Assembly (NCBI GenBank): GCA_905182345.1
Contig: CAJJBG010000007.1
Span: 4,011-68,010 of the forward strand
Origin: Pelagibacteraceae bacterium AG-422-B15
GTDB taxonomy: Bacteria; Pseudomonadota; Alphaproteobacteria; Pelagibacterales; AG-422-B15
Direction of reading: 5' to 3'
DNA length: 64,000 nucleotides
Positions 1 through 10,358 of this stretch are shown here, piece by piece. A model generated the notes under the pieces. That model was not told where the DNA came from. It did not search any database and saw only the letters and a program-made list of their open reading frames with translations. Within the stretch, counting starts at the first letter, position 1. Every line of letters starts with the position of its first letter. Position numbers and translations under genes: made by a program.

Positions 1-2
1 GC

Positions 3-1052
3 GGGAGCATAGGAACATTAGGAAGTAATTTTAAACAAATTCAATCAAACCTAACAACCCCTGATTCAATACAGATTGCTCAGCTATTAAACAAATTCAC
101 ACTTAATAAATATAATTCAATAGTTATGGAAGCATCAAGTCATGCCTTAGATCAGAACAGAGTGTTTGGATTAGATTATAAAATACTTGCTTTAACAAAT
201 ATTTCACATGATCATCTGGATTATCACAAGAATATAAATAATTATATAAATGCAAAGTTAAAATTATTTATAAATAATAAAAATAAAAATGAAGCAATAA
301 ATATTATATCAAAAGATACTAAGTATTATAATCTTATAAAAAATAAGCTTAAGAAAAATAAAATTAATTTTAAAACATTTGGATTTAAAATTTCTGATTA
401 TCAAATTATGAAATTTGATAGAATGAGTGAAAAAATAAATGCAAAATTAAAACATCTCAAGAAAACCTATACCTTTAAATTTAATAACCTACCAGAATTT
501 CAAGTACAAAACTTTTTATTAGCAGCAACTATGGTTGCTGAAATGGGTTATGAGCTTAAAAAAATATCAAAATTATCTTTAGCAGCACCTAATGTACCAG
601 GGAGAATGGAGTTGGCAGGCGTAAAAAAAAATAAAGCTAAGGTATTTATTGATTTTGCACATACCCCAGATGCCTTAAAAAATGTACTACAAGAAACTAA
701 ACTAATGAATCCAAATAAGCTTCACATTGTGTTTGGTTGTGGTGGAGATAGAGATAAGAATAAAAGACAGGTTATGGGTAAAATAGCAACAAAATATGCA
801 GATTTAGTGGTTGTAACTGATGACAATCCCAGAAATGAAAATGCGAGCAAAATAAGATCTGAAATTATAAATAAATCAAATAATATATTTGAAATTCCAA
901 ATAGAGAAGAGGCAATTAAACATGCGATTAGTAATCTAAAGTCTAATGATATTTTAATAATAGCTGGTAAGGGACATGAAAAATATCAAATTATAAAAGA
1001 TAAGACAATTTCATTTGACGATGCTAAAATTGCAAAGAAATATATTAAATAA
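3..1052 (+). CDS. murE: UDP-N-acetylmuramoyl-L-alanyl-D-glutamate--2,6-diaminopimelate ligase MurE (5' end outside window)
   Basis: Frame 3 is open from the window edge (GSIGTLG..TTPD..MEASSHAL). Mur-ligase motifs DNPRNE and AGKGHE are present. First gene of the murE-murF-mraY-murD block. Confidence 0.9.
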   Translation, partial: GSIGTLGSNFKQIQSNLTTPDSIQIAQLLNKFTLNKYNSIVMEASSHALDQNRVFGLDYKILALTNISHDHLDYHKNINNYINAKLKLFINNKNKNEAINIISKDTKYYNLIKNKLKKNKINFKTFGFKISDYQIMKFDRMSEKINAKLKHLKKTYTFKFNNLPEFQVQNFLLAATMVAEMGYELKKISKLSLAAPNVPGRMELAGVKKNKAKVFIDFAHTPDALKNVLQETKLMNPNKLHIVFGCGGDRDKNKRQVMGKIATKYADLVVVTDDNPRNENASKIRSEIINKSNNIFEIPNREEAIKHAISNLKSNDILIIAGKGHEKYQIIKDKTISFDDAKIAKKYIK

Positions 1053-1060
1053 GTTACTAG

Positions 1061-2440
1061 ATGTCTAAAATATTAATAAATAATAAAGATATTAATAAAC
1101 TATTTAACACAGAAATAAATAGCCTAAACTTTAGTGGCTGTAGCTTAGATTCTAGAAATATTAAAAAAAACAATATTTTTTTTGCTTATAAAGGCAAAAA
1201 AAATGATGGAAATAAATTTATTGCTCAAGCAAAAAATAATGGTGCAATCTTAGCATTTGTCGAAAAAAAAAATCCTAGAGTAAAAATATTTCAAATTGTT
1301 GTTAAAAATACACATCTAGCATTAATAAAATTAGCAAAACATGCCAGGCTAAAATCAGTAGCTAATATTATAGCAATTACAGGTAGTGTTGGAAAGACAA
1401 GTACAAAAGACGCCTTAACTCACACACTAAATCAAGACGATAATATTTTTTCAGCACAAAAATCATTTAATAATATTTTTGGCGTACCTTTAGAAATATT
1501 AAATATGCCAAAAAATACTAAAATTGCAATATTTGAAATTGGCATGAATCATTCAGGTGAGATTACTAGATTAATTAAGATATTAAGGCCTCATATTGGA
1601 GTAGTATTGAATGTTAGCTATGTACACGGTGGAAATTTTGATAATGAAAAGCAAATAGCTGATGCAAAAGCTGAAATCATTAATAAAGATTACCCATTAC
1701 AAACTTTAATCCTAAATAAAGATAATAAATATTATAATAAGCTAAAAAACAAAGCCAATAAAAATAAAATTATTAATATTTTAACATACTCCAAACAAAC
1801 CAAAGCAAACTTTACTCTTAGTAAGTTAAGTTTAAACAAAACCAAATATTTAGTTGAAGTTAAGTTTCAAAATTCAAAAAAGATAAATTATACTGTTAAT
1901 TCAATAAATGATTACCTAGTAGGTAACTCAATGGCAATTTTAGCCTGTCTCAAAGCTACGGGTGTAAATATTACAAGAATTAAAAAATTATCATCATTAA
2001 TGTTAACTGAGGGGAGAGGTAATATTATAACCACTAAATTATTAGATAAAAATATACAAATACATAATCATTCATATAATTCAAGTCCTGCCTCAATGGT
2101 TGCAAGTTTAGAAATATTTTTAAACATAAGTAAAAAACAGAATCTAATTATAGTGGGTGATATGAATGAATTAGGATCTAAAACTAATTATTATCACTTA
2201 AAGTTATTAAAGCTTTTAAAACAAAATAAAAATAATATTTATCTTTTGGTAGGTAAAATACTCTATAAATATAAACAGATGAATCTTTTAAGTAATACAT
2301 TTTTTTATAGAGACACAAACGTATTAATAAATGATTTAAAAAATCATTTATACTATGATAACAACATCTTCATTAAAGGCTCTAACTCCATCAACTTACA
2401 AAAAGTTGTAAACCATCTAATTAAACCAATCGAAAATTAA
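1061..2440 (+). CDS. murF: UDP-N-acetylmuramoyl-tripeptide--D-alanyl-D-alanine ligase MurF
   Basis: P-loop ITGSVGKTSTKD and FEIGMNHSGEI, with dcw position between murE and mraY. Very N/K/I-rich, diverged sequence. Confidence 0.85.
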   Translation: MSKILINNKDINKLFNTEINSLNFSGCSLDSRNIKKNNIFFAYKGKKNDGNKFIAQAKNNGAILAFVEKKNPRVKIFQIVVKNTHLALIKLAKHARLKSVANIIAITGSVGKTSTKDALTHTLNQDDNIFSAQKSFNNIFGVPLEILNMPKNTKIAIFEIGMNHSGEITRLIKILRPHIGVVLNVSYVHGGNFDNEKQIADAKAEIINKDYPLQTLILNKDNKYYNKLKNKANKNKIINILTYSKQTKANFTLSKLSLNKTKYLVEVKFQNSKKINYTVNSINDYLVGNSMAILACLKATGVNITRIKKLSSLMLTEGRGNIITTKLLDKNIQIHNHSYNSSPASMVASLEIFLNISKKQNLIIVGDMNELGSKTNYYHLKLLKLLKQNKNNIYLLVGKILYKYKQMNLLSNTFFYRDTNVLINDLKNHLYYDNNIFIKGSNSINLQKVVNHLIKPIEN

Positions 2441-2442
2441 TT

Positions 2443-3528
2443 ATGATCTTGTACTTAATAAATTATTTTGAATTAGGTGGTACCTCTCTAAGCATTATTT
2501 CATATCTTACTATGAGGTTTGGATTAGCATTAATGACTTCTTTATTTTTTATTCTATTTTTTGGTCCTTTTTTAATCAGACAAATTTCAAAATTTCAATT
2601 AGAGGGGCAGCCAATAAGACTAGATGGCCCAGAAACTCATTTGATTGCTAAAAAAGGCACCCCAACAATGGGAGGGGTTATAATCTTATTATCAATTTTA
2701 ATTTCAATCTTGCTTTGGGGCAATTATTCAAGCCAAATATTATGGCCATGTATTTTTATAATGATATCCTTTGGATCAATAGGCTTTTTAGATGATTATA
2801 AAAAAATTTCTAGCAATACAAGTGACGGTTTAAGAGGAAAATATAAAATCTTACTTGAAATAGGATGTACATTATTTTTTATATTCTTGATATCAAATTT
2901 AAATATTGAAAATCTACAAATGCTATCCTTGCCATTTTTTAAAAACCATTTCATTGCATTGGGAATATTTTTTATACCATTTATACTTATAGTAATAGTT
3001 GGTTCTGCAAATGCGGTAAATTTAACGGATGGCTTGGATGGCTTGGCAATTGTTCCTGTTATGATTGTGGCGCTGTCTTTTGCGATAATATGTTATTTAG
3101 CTGGTAATATTATTTTCGCTGAATATCTTTACTTGGATTATATTCCTGGAGCTGGAGAGTTAACAATTCTTTGTGCAGCACTCATTGGTTCTGCGCTAGG
3201 ATTTCTTTGGTACAATGCGCCGCCAGCAATGGTATTTATGGGTGATACAGGCTCTCTATCGCTAGGTGCTACAATTGCTGCTATAGCGATAATGATAAAA
3301 CATGAGCTAGTTTTGGCAGTAATTGGTGGATTATTTGTTGTAGAAGCTTTGTCTGTTATTATTCAAGTTGGTTATTTCAAAACCACTGGAAAAAGATTTT
3401 TTAAGATGGCTCCTTTACATCATCATTTTGAAAAAAAGGGATGGCCAGAGTCACAAATTGTTATTCGCTTTTGGATAATTACAATTATTTTAGCAATTAT
3501 CGGACTTGCAAGTCTAAAGATAAGATAA
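2443..3528 (+). CDS. mraY: phospho-N-acetylmuramoyl-pentapeptide transferase MraY
   Basis: Polytopic membrane protein with GTPTMGG, NAVNLTDGLDGLA, MGDTGSL and APLHHHFE motifs. Confidence 0.95.
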   Translation: MILYLINYFELGGTSLSIISYLTMRFGLALMTSLFFILFFGPFLIRQISKFQLEGQPIRLDGPETHLIAKKGTPTMGGVIILLSILISILLWGNYSSQILWPCIFIMISFGSIGFLDDYKKISSNTSDGLRGKYKILLEIGCTLFFIFLISNLNIENLQMLSLPFFKNHFIALGIFFIPFILIVIVGSANAVNLTDGLDGLAIVPVMIVALSFAIICYLAGNIIFAEYLYLDYIPGAGELTILCAALIGSALGFLWYNAPPAMVFMGDTGSLSLGATIAAIAIMIKHELVLAVIGGLFVVEALSVIIQVGYFKTTGKRFFKMAPLHHHFEKKGWPESQIVIRFWIITIILAIIGLASLKIR

Positions 3529-3531
3529 AAA

Positions 3532-4902
3532 ATGATTACTTCCTCTATTTTTAAAAATAAGCAAATTCTTATTTTAGGGCTAGGACAGACAGGTTTAAAT
3601 CTTTATAAATCTCTTCAAATGAGTGGGGCTAGAGTCTACGTCTTTGATGATAATAAGGGCGTATTAGCTTCATTAAAAAAAGATAAAGTTTCTAATATAG
3701 ATCTAAAAAAGTTTAATTTTAATACACTTGATTACTGTATTCCAAGTCCAGGAATTCCAACAAAAGGCAAGATTAGTCATCCAATTATAAAAATATTAAA
3801 GAAAAAAAACATCAAAATTTTGAGTGAACTAGATATGTTTCAATTATATCTTAATTCTAAATCAGATAAGCATAAGAATAATATTAAAGTTATTGCTGTT
3901 ACGGGGACAAACGGTAAGTCTACTGTAGTATCTTTAATAAATCATACTTTAAAAGCTTTAGAATTTAAAACTAGTTTAGTAGGGAATATTGGTAAGTCTA
4001 TTTTTCAATCACATAAAATTAATAAAGGCTTTTATATTATTGAAGTATCATCTTACCAACTAGAGACAACAAAGATATTTAAACCAAATTTTTCTATATT
4101 AACCAATTTATCAAATGATCACATTAAAAGACATGGCACACTAAAAGAGTATGCAAAACAAAAATTCAAATTATTTAAATCTTTTTCAGATAACGATTAT
4201 GGGATTATGTCTATAGATCATAAGCTTACTAAAAATTTTGTTAGTCATATAAAAAATAATAAAAGTCAGAAGTTAATAACAATTTCTAGCATTGATAAAA
4301 AAAGCAATCTTTATTTTGATAAGAATTCAATTTTTAAAGACAATAAACTAATATACAGATCAAAAAATCCTTATTTATTTGGCCTTCATAATCAAGAAAA
4401 TATTAGTAACGTACTTGCTTTATTGGACTTAATAAACTTGAGAAACAGCATAAGTATCAAAGCAATAAATAATTTTATTGGATTACCTCACAGACAAGAG
4501 ATAATAAAAAGTAATAAAAAGATTATTATAATTAATGACTCTAAGGCTACTAATTTTGAATCTACACTGCCTGCGCTACAAAACTATAAAAATATATATT
4601 GGATTTGTGGTGGTATCGCCAAAACGAAAGATATAAGTGTGGTAATTCCGCATTTAAAGAATGTTAGAAAAGTATATATAATTGGCACTACTAAAAATGT
4701 ATTTTATGATTCATTTAATGAGCATATTGATACAGTTTATGTAAAATATCTATCTAAAGCAATTAGCGAGGCATTAAAAGATTCTAAAAAAAATAAAAAT
4801 AAAGTTACTATTCTATTTTCACCTGCAGCAGCCTCTTTTGATCAATATAAAAATTTTGAAACTAGAGGCAATTCATTTAAATATCATATTAATAATAATT
4901 AA
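3532..4902 (+). CDS. murD: UDP-N-acetylmuramoylalanine--D-glutamate ligase MurD
   Basis: VTGTNGKSTV P-loop, SSYQLE and NDSKATN motifs, plus dcw position. Confidence 0.9.
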   Translation: MITSSIFKNKQILILGLGQTGLNLYKSLQMSGARVYVFDDNKGVLASLKKDKVSNIDLKKFNFNTLDYCIPSPGIPTKGKISHPIIKILKKKNIKILSELDMFQLYLNSKSDKHKNNIKVIAVTGTNGKSTVVSLINHTLKALEFKTSLVGNIGKSIFQSHKINKGFYIIEVSSYQLETTKIFKPNFSILTNLSNDHIKRHGTLKEYAKQKFKLFKSFSDNDYGIMSIDHKLTKNFVSHIKNNKSQKLITISSIDKKSNLYFDKNSIFKDNKLIYRSKNPYLFGLHNQENISNVLALLDLINLRNSISIKAINNFIGLPHRQEIIKSNKKIIIINDSKATNFESTLPALQNYKNIYWICGGIAKTKDISVVIPHLKNVRKVYIIGTTKNVFYDSFNEHIDTVYVKYLSKAISEALKDSKKNKNKVTILFSPAAASFDQYKNFETRGNSFKYHINNN

Positions 4903-4907
4903 ATATT

Positions 4908-6026
4908 ATGAATGAAATAATTGACAATAAAGATACAAGTGTACTTTTAAATTGGTGGTTAAATATTGATAAATCATTATTAATTTCTTTTTTTGTCTTA
5001 TCATTTTTTGGCCTGGTAATAAGTTTTACAATTAAGCCAGGAAGCTCACTTGTTGACGAGGTAAGTATATTTAATGCCTTTACAATTCAATCTGCTTATT
5101 TGGTAATGGGTATTAATATTTTTATATTAATCTCCTTTATAGATCTAAAAAATCTTAAAAAGTATGCGCCATTACTATACATAGTATTATTTATACTTCT
5201 ACTAGCTACAATTATTCCCAGTTTTGGGATAGAAAAAAAAGGTTCATCGAGGTGGCTTGATTTTACATTTATTACGCTTATGCCAGTAGAGCTAATAAAA
5301 CCTATATTTTGTATTATATTGGCACTAACTCTAGAAAATAAAATTGATAAAATTAATAGTAAAAAATATTTTTATAGTTTTATTTTATACATTTTAGTCG
5401 CTTTAATTCTTATTAAACAACCAGATATCGGTCAATTGGTAATTGTATCAGCTATTTTTATATCTAGTTTTTTTCTAAGTGGATTTAGCTTTCCTATTTT
5501 AATTATAATTATTGTTTTAGGCTTTATTAGCTTTATTGGGATATATTTTTTTAACTCGAATGTTGAACATAGAGTGAACTCTTTTTTATCACCCGAGCAA
5601 TATGATATATCTCAAGCAACCAGATCAATCAGTGCTTTTATTGAAGGTGGGTTCTTTGGTGTAGGACAAGGTGAAGGTAAATTAAAAAATGACTTACAAG
5701 AATCTCATACTGACTATATTTTTGCAGTTATTGCTGAGGAATATGGTGTGATTGGGTGTTTAATTATATTATTTTTGTTTTTTTATATTGCCTATAGATC
5801 TTTTAGAAGAGCTTATAATGAGAAAGATCACTTTGTACAATTATGCTTATTCTCTTTGACTGTATATTTATCTCTACAAACCTTAGTTCATGCTGCAGTA
5901 AACTTAAGATTAATTCCTTCAACTGGAATGACATTACCATTCATTAGCTATGGGGGCTCATCTATTCTTGGTATATCTTTCACACTTGGATTGATGTTAC
6001 TTCTTACAAAAAAAAGCCATAATTAA
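4908..6026 (+). CDS. ftsW: SEDS-family cell division protein FtsW
   Basis: Multi-TM protein with QPDIGQ, HTDYIFAVIAEEYG and GMTLPFISYGGSS motifs, located between murD and murG. Confidence 0.9.
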   Translation: MNEIIDNKDTSVLLNWWLNIDKSLLISFFVLSFFGLVISFTIKPGSSLVDEVSIFNAFTIQSAYLVMGINIFILISFIDLKNLKKYAPLLYIVLFILLLATIIPSFGIEKKGSSRWLDFTFITLMPVELIKPIFCIILALTLENKIDKINSKKYFYSFILYILVALILIKQPDIGQLVIVSAIFISSFFLSGFSFPILIIIIVLGFISFIGIYFFNSNVEHRVNSFLSPEQYDISQATRSISAFIEGGFFGVGQGEGKLKNDLQESHTDYIFAVIAEEYGVIGCLIILFLFFYIAYRSFRRAYNEKDHFVQLCLFSLTVYLSLQTLVHAAVNLRLIPSTGMTLPFISYGGSSILGISFTLGLMLLLTKKSHN

Positions 6027-6042
6027 AAAGTAAATAACTTTT

Positions 6043-7110
6043 ATGAAAGCAATAATTTTAATTGGAGGTGGAACAGGAGGACATTGCATACCTATGGTTG
6101 CGATGTATAAAAAATTTTTAAAAGAAAAAGTTAGTTGCACCATATTAACAGATTATAGGGGCGCATTTTTTTTTAAAAGTTTAAATCAAAATGATGTAAT
6201 AGTCCTAAAAACTGGATCTAAGGCAGTTTCAAGGCTTGAACAATTTATAAGTTTTCCACTAATAATAATACAAGCATTAGTCTTGTTACTAAAGATAAAG
6301 CCATATCATATTATTGGTTTTGGTGGTTTTTTAACACTTCCATTTATGCTCTACGCATCATTTATTGGAATTAACATATCAATACATGAGGCTAATGCAG
6401 TTATTGGTAAGGCAAATAGAATTTTGGCAAAAAAATCTAAGAATATTTTTTTAACTTTTAAAGAAACCAGAATGTTAGATAGTAAATTTATTAATAAATC
6501 TTCTTGTGTAGGACTGCCACTAAGAGAAGAGATGATAAAATTTAATAATTACAAACAAACATCTAATAAAATAATAATTTCAGTTATAGGTGGAAGTCAG
6601 GGCTCAAATACTTTAGCTAATGAAGTACCAATGGCATTAATTAAATTTCAAAATTTAGTTGGTAAAAATATATTTGTCTATCATCAATGTAGGCAGGAAG
6701 ATTTAAAAAAAATTAAACATATCTATAGAGCATTTAAAATTAAACATGAAGTGAGTAATTATTTTAATGATATGCCAAGAAAAATAATTTCATCTAATAT
6801 AATTGTATCAAGATCCGGATCATCAACTATTAATGAAATTATAACTGCACAAAAACCTTCAGTTTTAATCCCATTCCCTTATGCGGTAGACGATCATCAA
6901 CTTTATAATGCAAAAATCTTAAAATCTTTATCTTGCTCAGAGATAATTAGTAATAATAGGCTAAATAGCAATATATTATCAAACTGTCTGTTAAAAATTT
7001 ATAAAAATCCTGATAAGATTAAGTACATTCATCAAAAATTAGGTAGATTTAAACACATAAATTCTTCGCTCCAAATGCTGAATATAATCGAAAATACTAA
7101 TGATAATTAA
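6043..7110 (+). CDS. murG: undecaprenyldiphospho-muramoylpentapeptide beta-N-acetylglucosaminyltransferase MurG
   Basis: GGGTGGHCIP N-terminal glycine loop, SRSGSSTINEI and DDHQLYNA, plus dcw position. Confidence 0.9.
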   Translation: MKAIILIGGGTGGHCIPMVAMYKKFLKEKVSCTILTDYRGAFFFKSLNQNDVIVLKTGSKAVSRLEQFISFPLIIIQALVLLLKIKPYHIIGFGGFLTLPFMLYASFIGINISIHEANAVIGKANRILAKKSKNIFLTFKETRMLDSKFINKSSCVGLPLREEMIKFNNYKQTSNKIIISVIGGSQGSNTLANEVPMALIKFQNLVGKNIFVYHQCRQEDLKKIKHIYRAFKIKHEVSNYFNDMPRKIISSNIIVSRSGSSTINEIITAQKPSVLIPFPYAVDDHQLYNAKILKSLSCSEIISNNRLNSNILSNCLLKIYKNPDKIKYIHQKLGRFKHINSSLQMLNIIENTNDN

Positions 7111-8488
7111 TAAAAAAGATAAAATACATATTGTTGGAATTGGTGGAATTGGCATGAGTGGCATTGCTGAAATTATGTTTGATATGGGTTATCAAGTTCA
7201 AGGAAGTGATGTTAATGCAAATAGCAACACTGAAAGACTAGTCAAAAAAAATATAAAAGTTTTTGTGGGGCATAAAAAATCAAATATTAAAAATGTTAGT
7301 ACAGTTTTTTATTCCACAGCAATTAAAAACAACAATATTGAAATAGTAGCAGCACAAAAAAATAAAATACCCACCTTACCTAGATCTAAAATACTTTCTC
7401 ATCTAATGAGACTCAAAAAAGGAATTGCAATATCTGGATCACATGGCAAAACAACTACAACAACAATGGTTTCTAGTATATTAACAGCACAAAATTTAAG
7501 ACCTACCATTATTAATGGGGGTATTATTAATGAAATAGGAACAAACACCAAATTAGGTTCTGGTGAATGGATGATTGTGGAAGCAGATGAATCAGATGGA
7601 ACCTTCTTAGAGTTACCTTCAACAATTTCTGTTATAACAAACATTGATAAAGAACACTTAGATTACTATAAAAGTTTCTCAACCTTAAAAAAAAGCTTTA
7701 AGAAATTTATTACTCAAGTACCATTTTATGGCTTTGCTGTTGTTTGTAGTGATGATGTCTATGTAAAAAAAATAATTTGTAATATTAAAAGTACTACCAT
7801 CATTACATACGGCTTAAATAAAGGTGCTGACATCAGAGCTATAAATATCAGGATTAAGAAAAATAGCGTAATTTTTGATGTTGAAAATAATCTTTCAAAA
7901 ATAAAAACTATTAAAAACTATAACCTCCCTATGCTTGGGTCACATAATATTCTTAATGCCTTGGCAGGCATAGCAATATCAATTAAATTAGATTTAAATC
8001 AAAAAATTACAAAAGAATCCTTAAAACAGTTCTTAGGTGTTTCAAGAAGATTTACTACCATTGGATCCATTAGTAATAATATTTTTATTGATGATTATGC
8101 CCATCATCCAACTGAAATAACGAATGTATTGTCTGCGGCAAAAGATTCTAAGACAACAAATAATGTTATTGCAATATTTCAGCCTCATAGATACTCAAGG
8201 GTTAACTCATTACAGCTTGAATTCTCAAAATGCTTTAGTAAAGCCGATCTAGTTCTAGTTACAGATGTTTATGCTGCAGGAGAAAAAAATATTTATTCAT
8301 TTGATTTAAGTAAATTAATTAAAGTTATTCAAAAAAAATCAAAAGTGCCTACGATACACTTATCTTCATATGAACAAATAGATGAGATATTAGTAAAGCA
8401 TAAAAGTAAAAAAAACTTAGTAATCTTTATGGGTGCAGGAGATGTATCTACTAAAGCCAAAGAATATTTTAATAGAATTAATACTTAA
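7100..8488 (+). CDS. murC: UDP-N-acetylmuramate--L-alanine ligase MurC
   Basis: IHIVGIGGIGMSGIAE, ISGSHGKTTTT, EADESDGTF and DDYAHHPTEI motifs. Overlaps murG by 11 nt. Confidence 0.95.
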   Translation: MIINKKDKIHIVGIGGIGMSGIAEIMFDMGYQVQGSDVNANSNTERLVKKNIKVFVGHKKSNIKNVSTVFYSTAIKNNNIEIVAAQKNKIPTLPRSKILSHLMRLKKGIAISGSHGKTTTTTMVSSILTAQNLRPTIINGGIINEIGTNTKLGSGEWMIVEADESDGTFLELPSTISVITNIDKEHLDYYKSFSTLKKSFKKFITQVPFYGFAVVCSDDVYVKKIICNIKSTTIITYGLNKGADIRAINIRIKKNSVIFDVENNLSKIKTIKNYNLPMLGSHNILNALAGIAISIKLDLNQKITKESLKQFLGVSRRFTTIGSISNNIFIDDYAHHPTEITNVLSAAKDSKTTNNVIAIFQPHRYSRVNSLQLEFSKCFSKADLVLVTDVYAAGEKNIYSFDLSKLIKVIQKKSKVPTIHLSSYEQIDEILVKHKSKKNLVIFMGAGDVSTKAKEYFNRINT

Positions 8489-8494
8489 AATAAA

Positions 8495-9421
8495 ATGTCT
8501 GAAGTAATAAATTTTTTTCAATATTATGAGAAACATAACAAATTAGACGGTTGCTTATCTTATAACCATAGCCTAGCTAAATCTTCATGGCTTGGAGTTG
8601 GCGGCCAGGCTGAGGTTTTTTATTTATGTGAAAATAATGAACAATTAATTGATATTTTAAATGAATTACCTAGTAAATTTAAAAGAACAATAATTGGGCA
8701 AGGATCTAATCTATTAATACGAGATGGTGGAATTAAGGGACTAGTAATTAAATTAGGTAAGAAGTATCAATGTATAGGCCTTGAAGATAAGGCACTTACT
8801 ATAGGAGCAGCTGCACTAGATAAAGTTGTTGCAAGATTTTGTGAAAAAAATTCTATTGGAGGATTAGAGTTCCTATCTGGAATACCCGGAAATATTGGTG
8901 GCGCAGTAGCAATGAACGCAGGATGTTTTGGTGGAGAAATTAATGATGTTTTTATATCAGCCGAAGGAATTGATTACTTAGGAAATGTTTGTAATATAAA
9001 TAAATCTGTATCACTCTTTGAGTATCGAAAAAATAATAATGCCGACAACATAATATTTACAAAGATTAAATTGAATGCAATCAATAAAAAACAAGATCTT
9101 ATTAAAGAAAAAATGGATGAAATCAATGATAAAAGATCTTTAGCACAACCAAAAGGCATTAGAACCGGGGGAAGTACTTTTAAGAACCCAGACTCAAAGA
9201 TTACCCTAATGAAAGCTTGGGAACTGATTCAAAAAACAGAAAGTCATAAAATTTTATTTGATGGTGTCTCATTCTCAGCAAAACATTCAAACTTTATTGA
9301 AAATAGACAAACTAATTCAGCGAACCGCATCGAAGACTTTTGTAATCTTGTTAAAAATAATATATTAGACAAATTAGGAATAGAATTAGATTTAGAAATA
9401 AAGATTTTAGGTGAAAGATAA
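8495..9421 (+). CDS. murB: UDP-N-acetylenolpyruvoylglucosamine reductase MurB
   Basis: FAD-binding GVGGQAEVF, GQGSNLLIRD and GIPGNIGGAVAMNAG, with C-terminal GGSTFKNP. Confidence 0.9.
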   Translation: MSEVINFFQYYEKHNKLDGCLSYNHSLAKSSWLGVGGQAEVFYLCENNEQLIDILNELPSKFKRTIIGQGSNLLIRDGGIKGLVIKLGKKYQCIGLEDKALTIGAAALDKVVARFCEKNSIGGLEFLSGIPGNIGGAVAMNAGCFGGEINDVFISAEGIDYLGNVCNINKSVSLFEYRKNNNADNIIFTKIKLNAINKKQDLIKEKMDEINDKRSLAQPKGIRTGGSTFKNPDSKITLMKAWELIQKTESHKILFDGVSFSAKHSNFIENRQTNSANRIEDFCNLVKNNILDKLGIELDLEIKILGER

Positions 9422-10358
9422 TACTGTAGTGATTAATAAAAAAATTATGGTTCTCTATGGAGGAATATCGGCAGAGAGAGAAATTAGTATAATATCTGCT
9501 GAAGAAATTATCGGTTCTTTAAAAAGAAATGGTTACGAGGTATCAGAAATAGACGCTGATCCTGATCTTGCTGAGCAAATAAATATACATAATCCAGATA
9601 TTATTTTTAATGCCCTTCACGGTACTTGGGGCGAGGATGGAGAGGTTCAAAAAATACTTGAAAAATCTAATGTGCCATATACCCATTCAGGTGTCATTTC
9701 ATCTAAATTGGCTATGAATAAACATGAATCAGGAAAAATATTTGTGCAGAATGGCTTTGCACACCCAAAATCACTAATGTGCAACCTTAAAGACTTAATC
9801 GGCAAAGAACCAATGCCATTTCCTTATGTTATTAAACCCAACAATAATGGATCTAGTGTTGGTGTTGCAATTATTTTTAATGAATTAGAAAAAAATAACT
9901 ATATAAATAATATTATTGCAGGTCAGGTTTGTTCAGATGAAAAGCACAAAGTATTAGTGCAAGAATTTATTGAAGGAGCTGAAATACAAGTAGCTATTTT
10001 TGGGCATGAGCAAGTAGGTTCTATTGAAATAGTGCCAAAGAATAAGTTTTATGATTATGAATCAAAGTATTTTGATAGTGGCGGCACTCAACACATTATA
10101 CCGCCAAGAATTAGTGATGATAAGATTAATGAGGTAGAAAAATTAGGCTTAAAAGCGCACAATATATTGAATTGTAAAGGTGTATCGCGATCAGATTTCA
10201 TTTTAGATAAAAAAACTGATACTTTCTTTATATTAGAAATTAACACTCAGCCTGGCATGACGCCAACATCTTTAGTCCCAGAAATTGCAAAATTTCATGG
10301 CATAGATTTTGATAATTTAATAGATTGGATAGTTAAAAATGCTTCAATTAATAGGTAA
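9411..10358 (+). CDS. ddl: D-alanine--D-alanine ligase Ddl
   Basis: LYGGISAEREIS, ALHGTWGEDGEVQ, NNGSSVGV and EINTQPGMT motifs. GTG start at 9411; an ATG 12 codons downstream is an alternative. Confidence 0.9.
   Translation: MKDNTVVINKKIMVLYGGISAEREISIISAEEIIGSLKRNGYEVSEIDADPDLAEQINIHNPDIIFNALHGTWGEDGEVQKILEKSNVPYTHSGVISSKLAMNKHESGKIFVQNGFAHPKSLMCNLKDLIGKEPMPFPYVIKPNNNGSSVGVAIIFNELEKNNYINNIIAGQVCSDEKHKVLVQEFIEGAEIQVAIFGHEQVGSIEIVPKNKFYDYESKYFDSGGTQHIIPPRISDDKINEVEKLGLKAHNILNCKGVSRSDFILDKKTDTFFILEINTQPGMTPTSLVPEIAKFHGIDFDNLIDWIVKNASINR

Noticed and set aside
1-8488. Lower GC of the first roughly 8.5 kb, considered as evidence of a horizontally acquired island.
   Set aside because: The genes are core dcw genes in canonical order. 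GC rises locally wherever protein sequence is conserved (for example the mraY core), so the pattern fits variable constraint under AT pressure rather than foreign origin.
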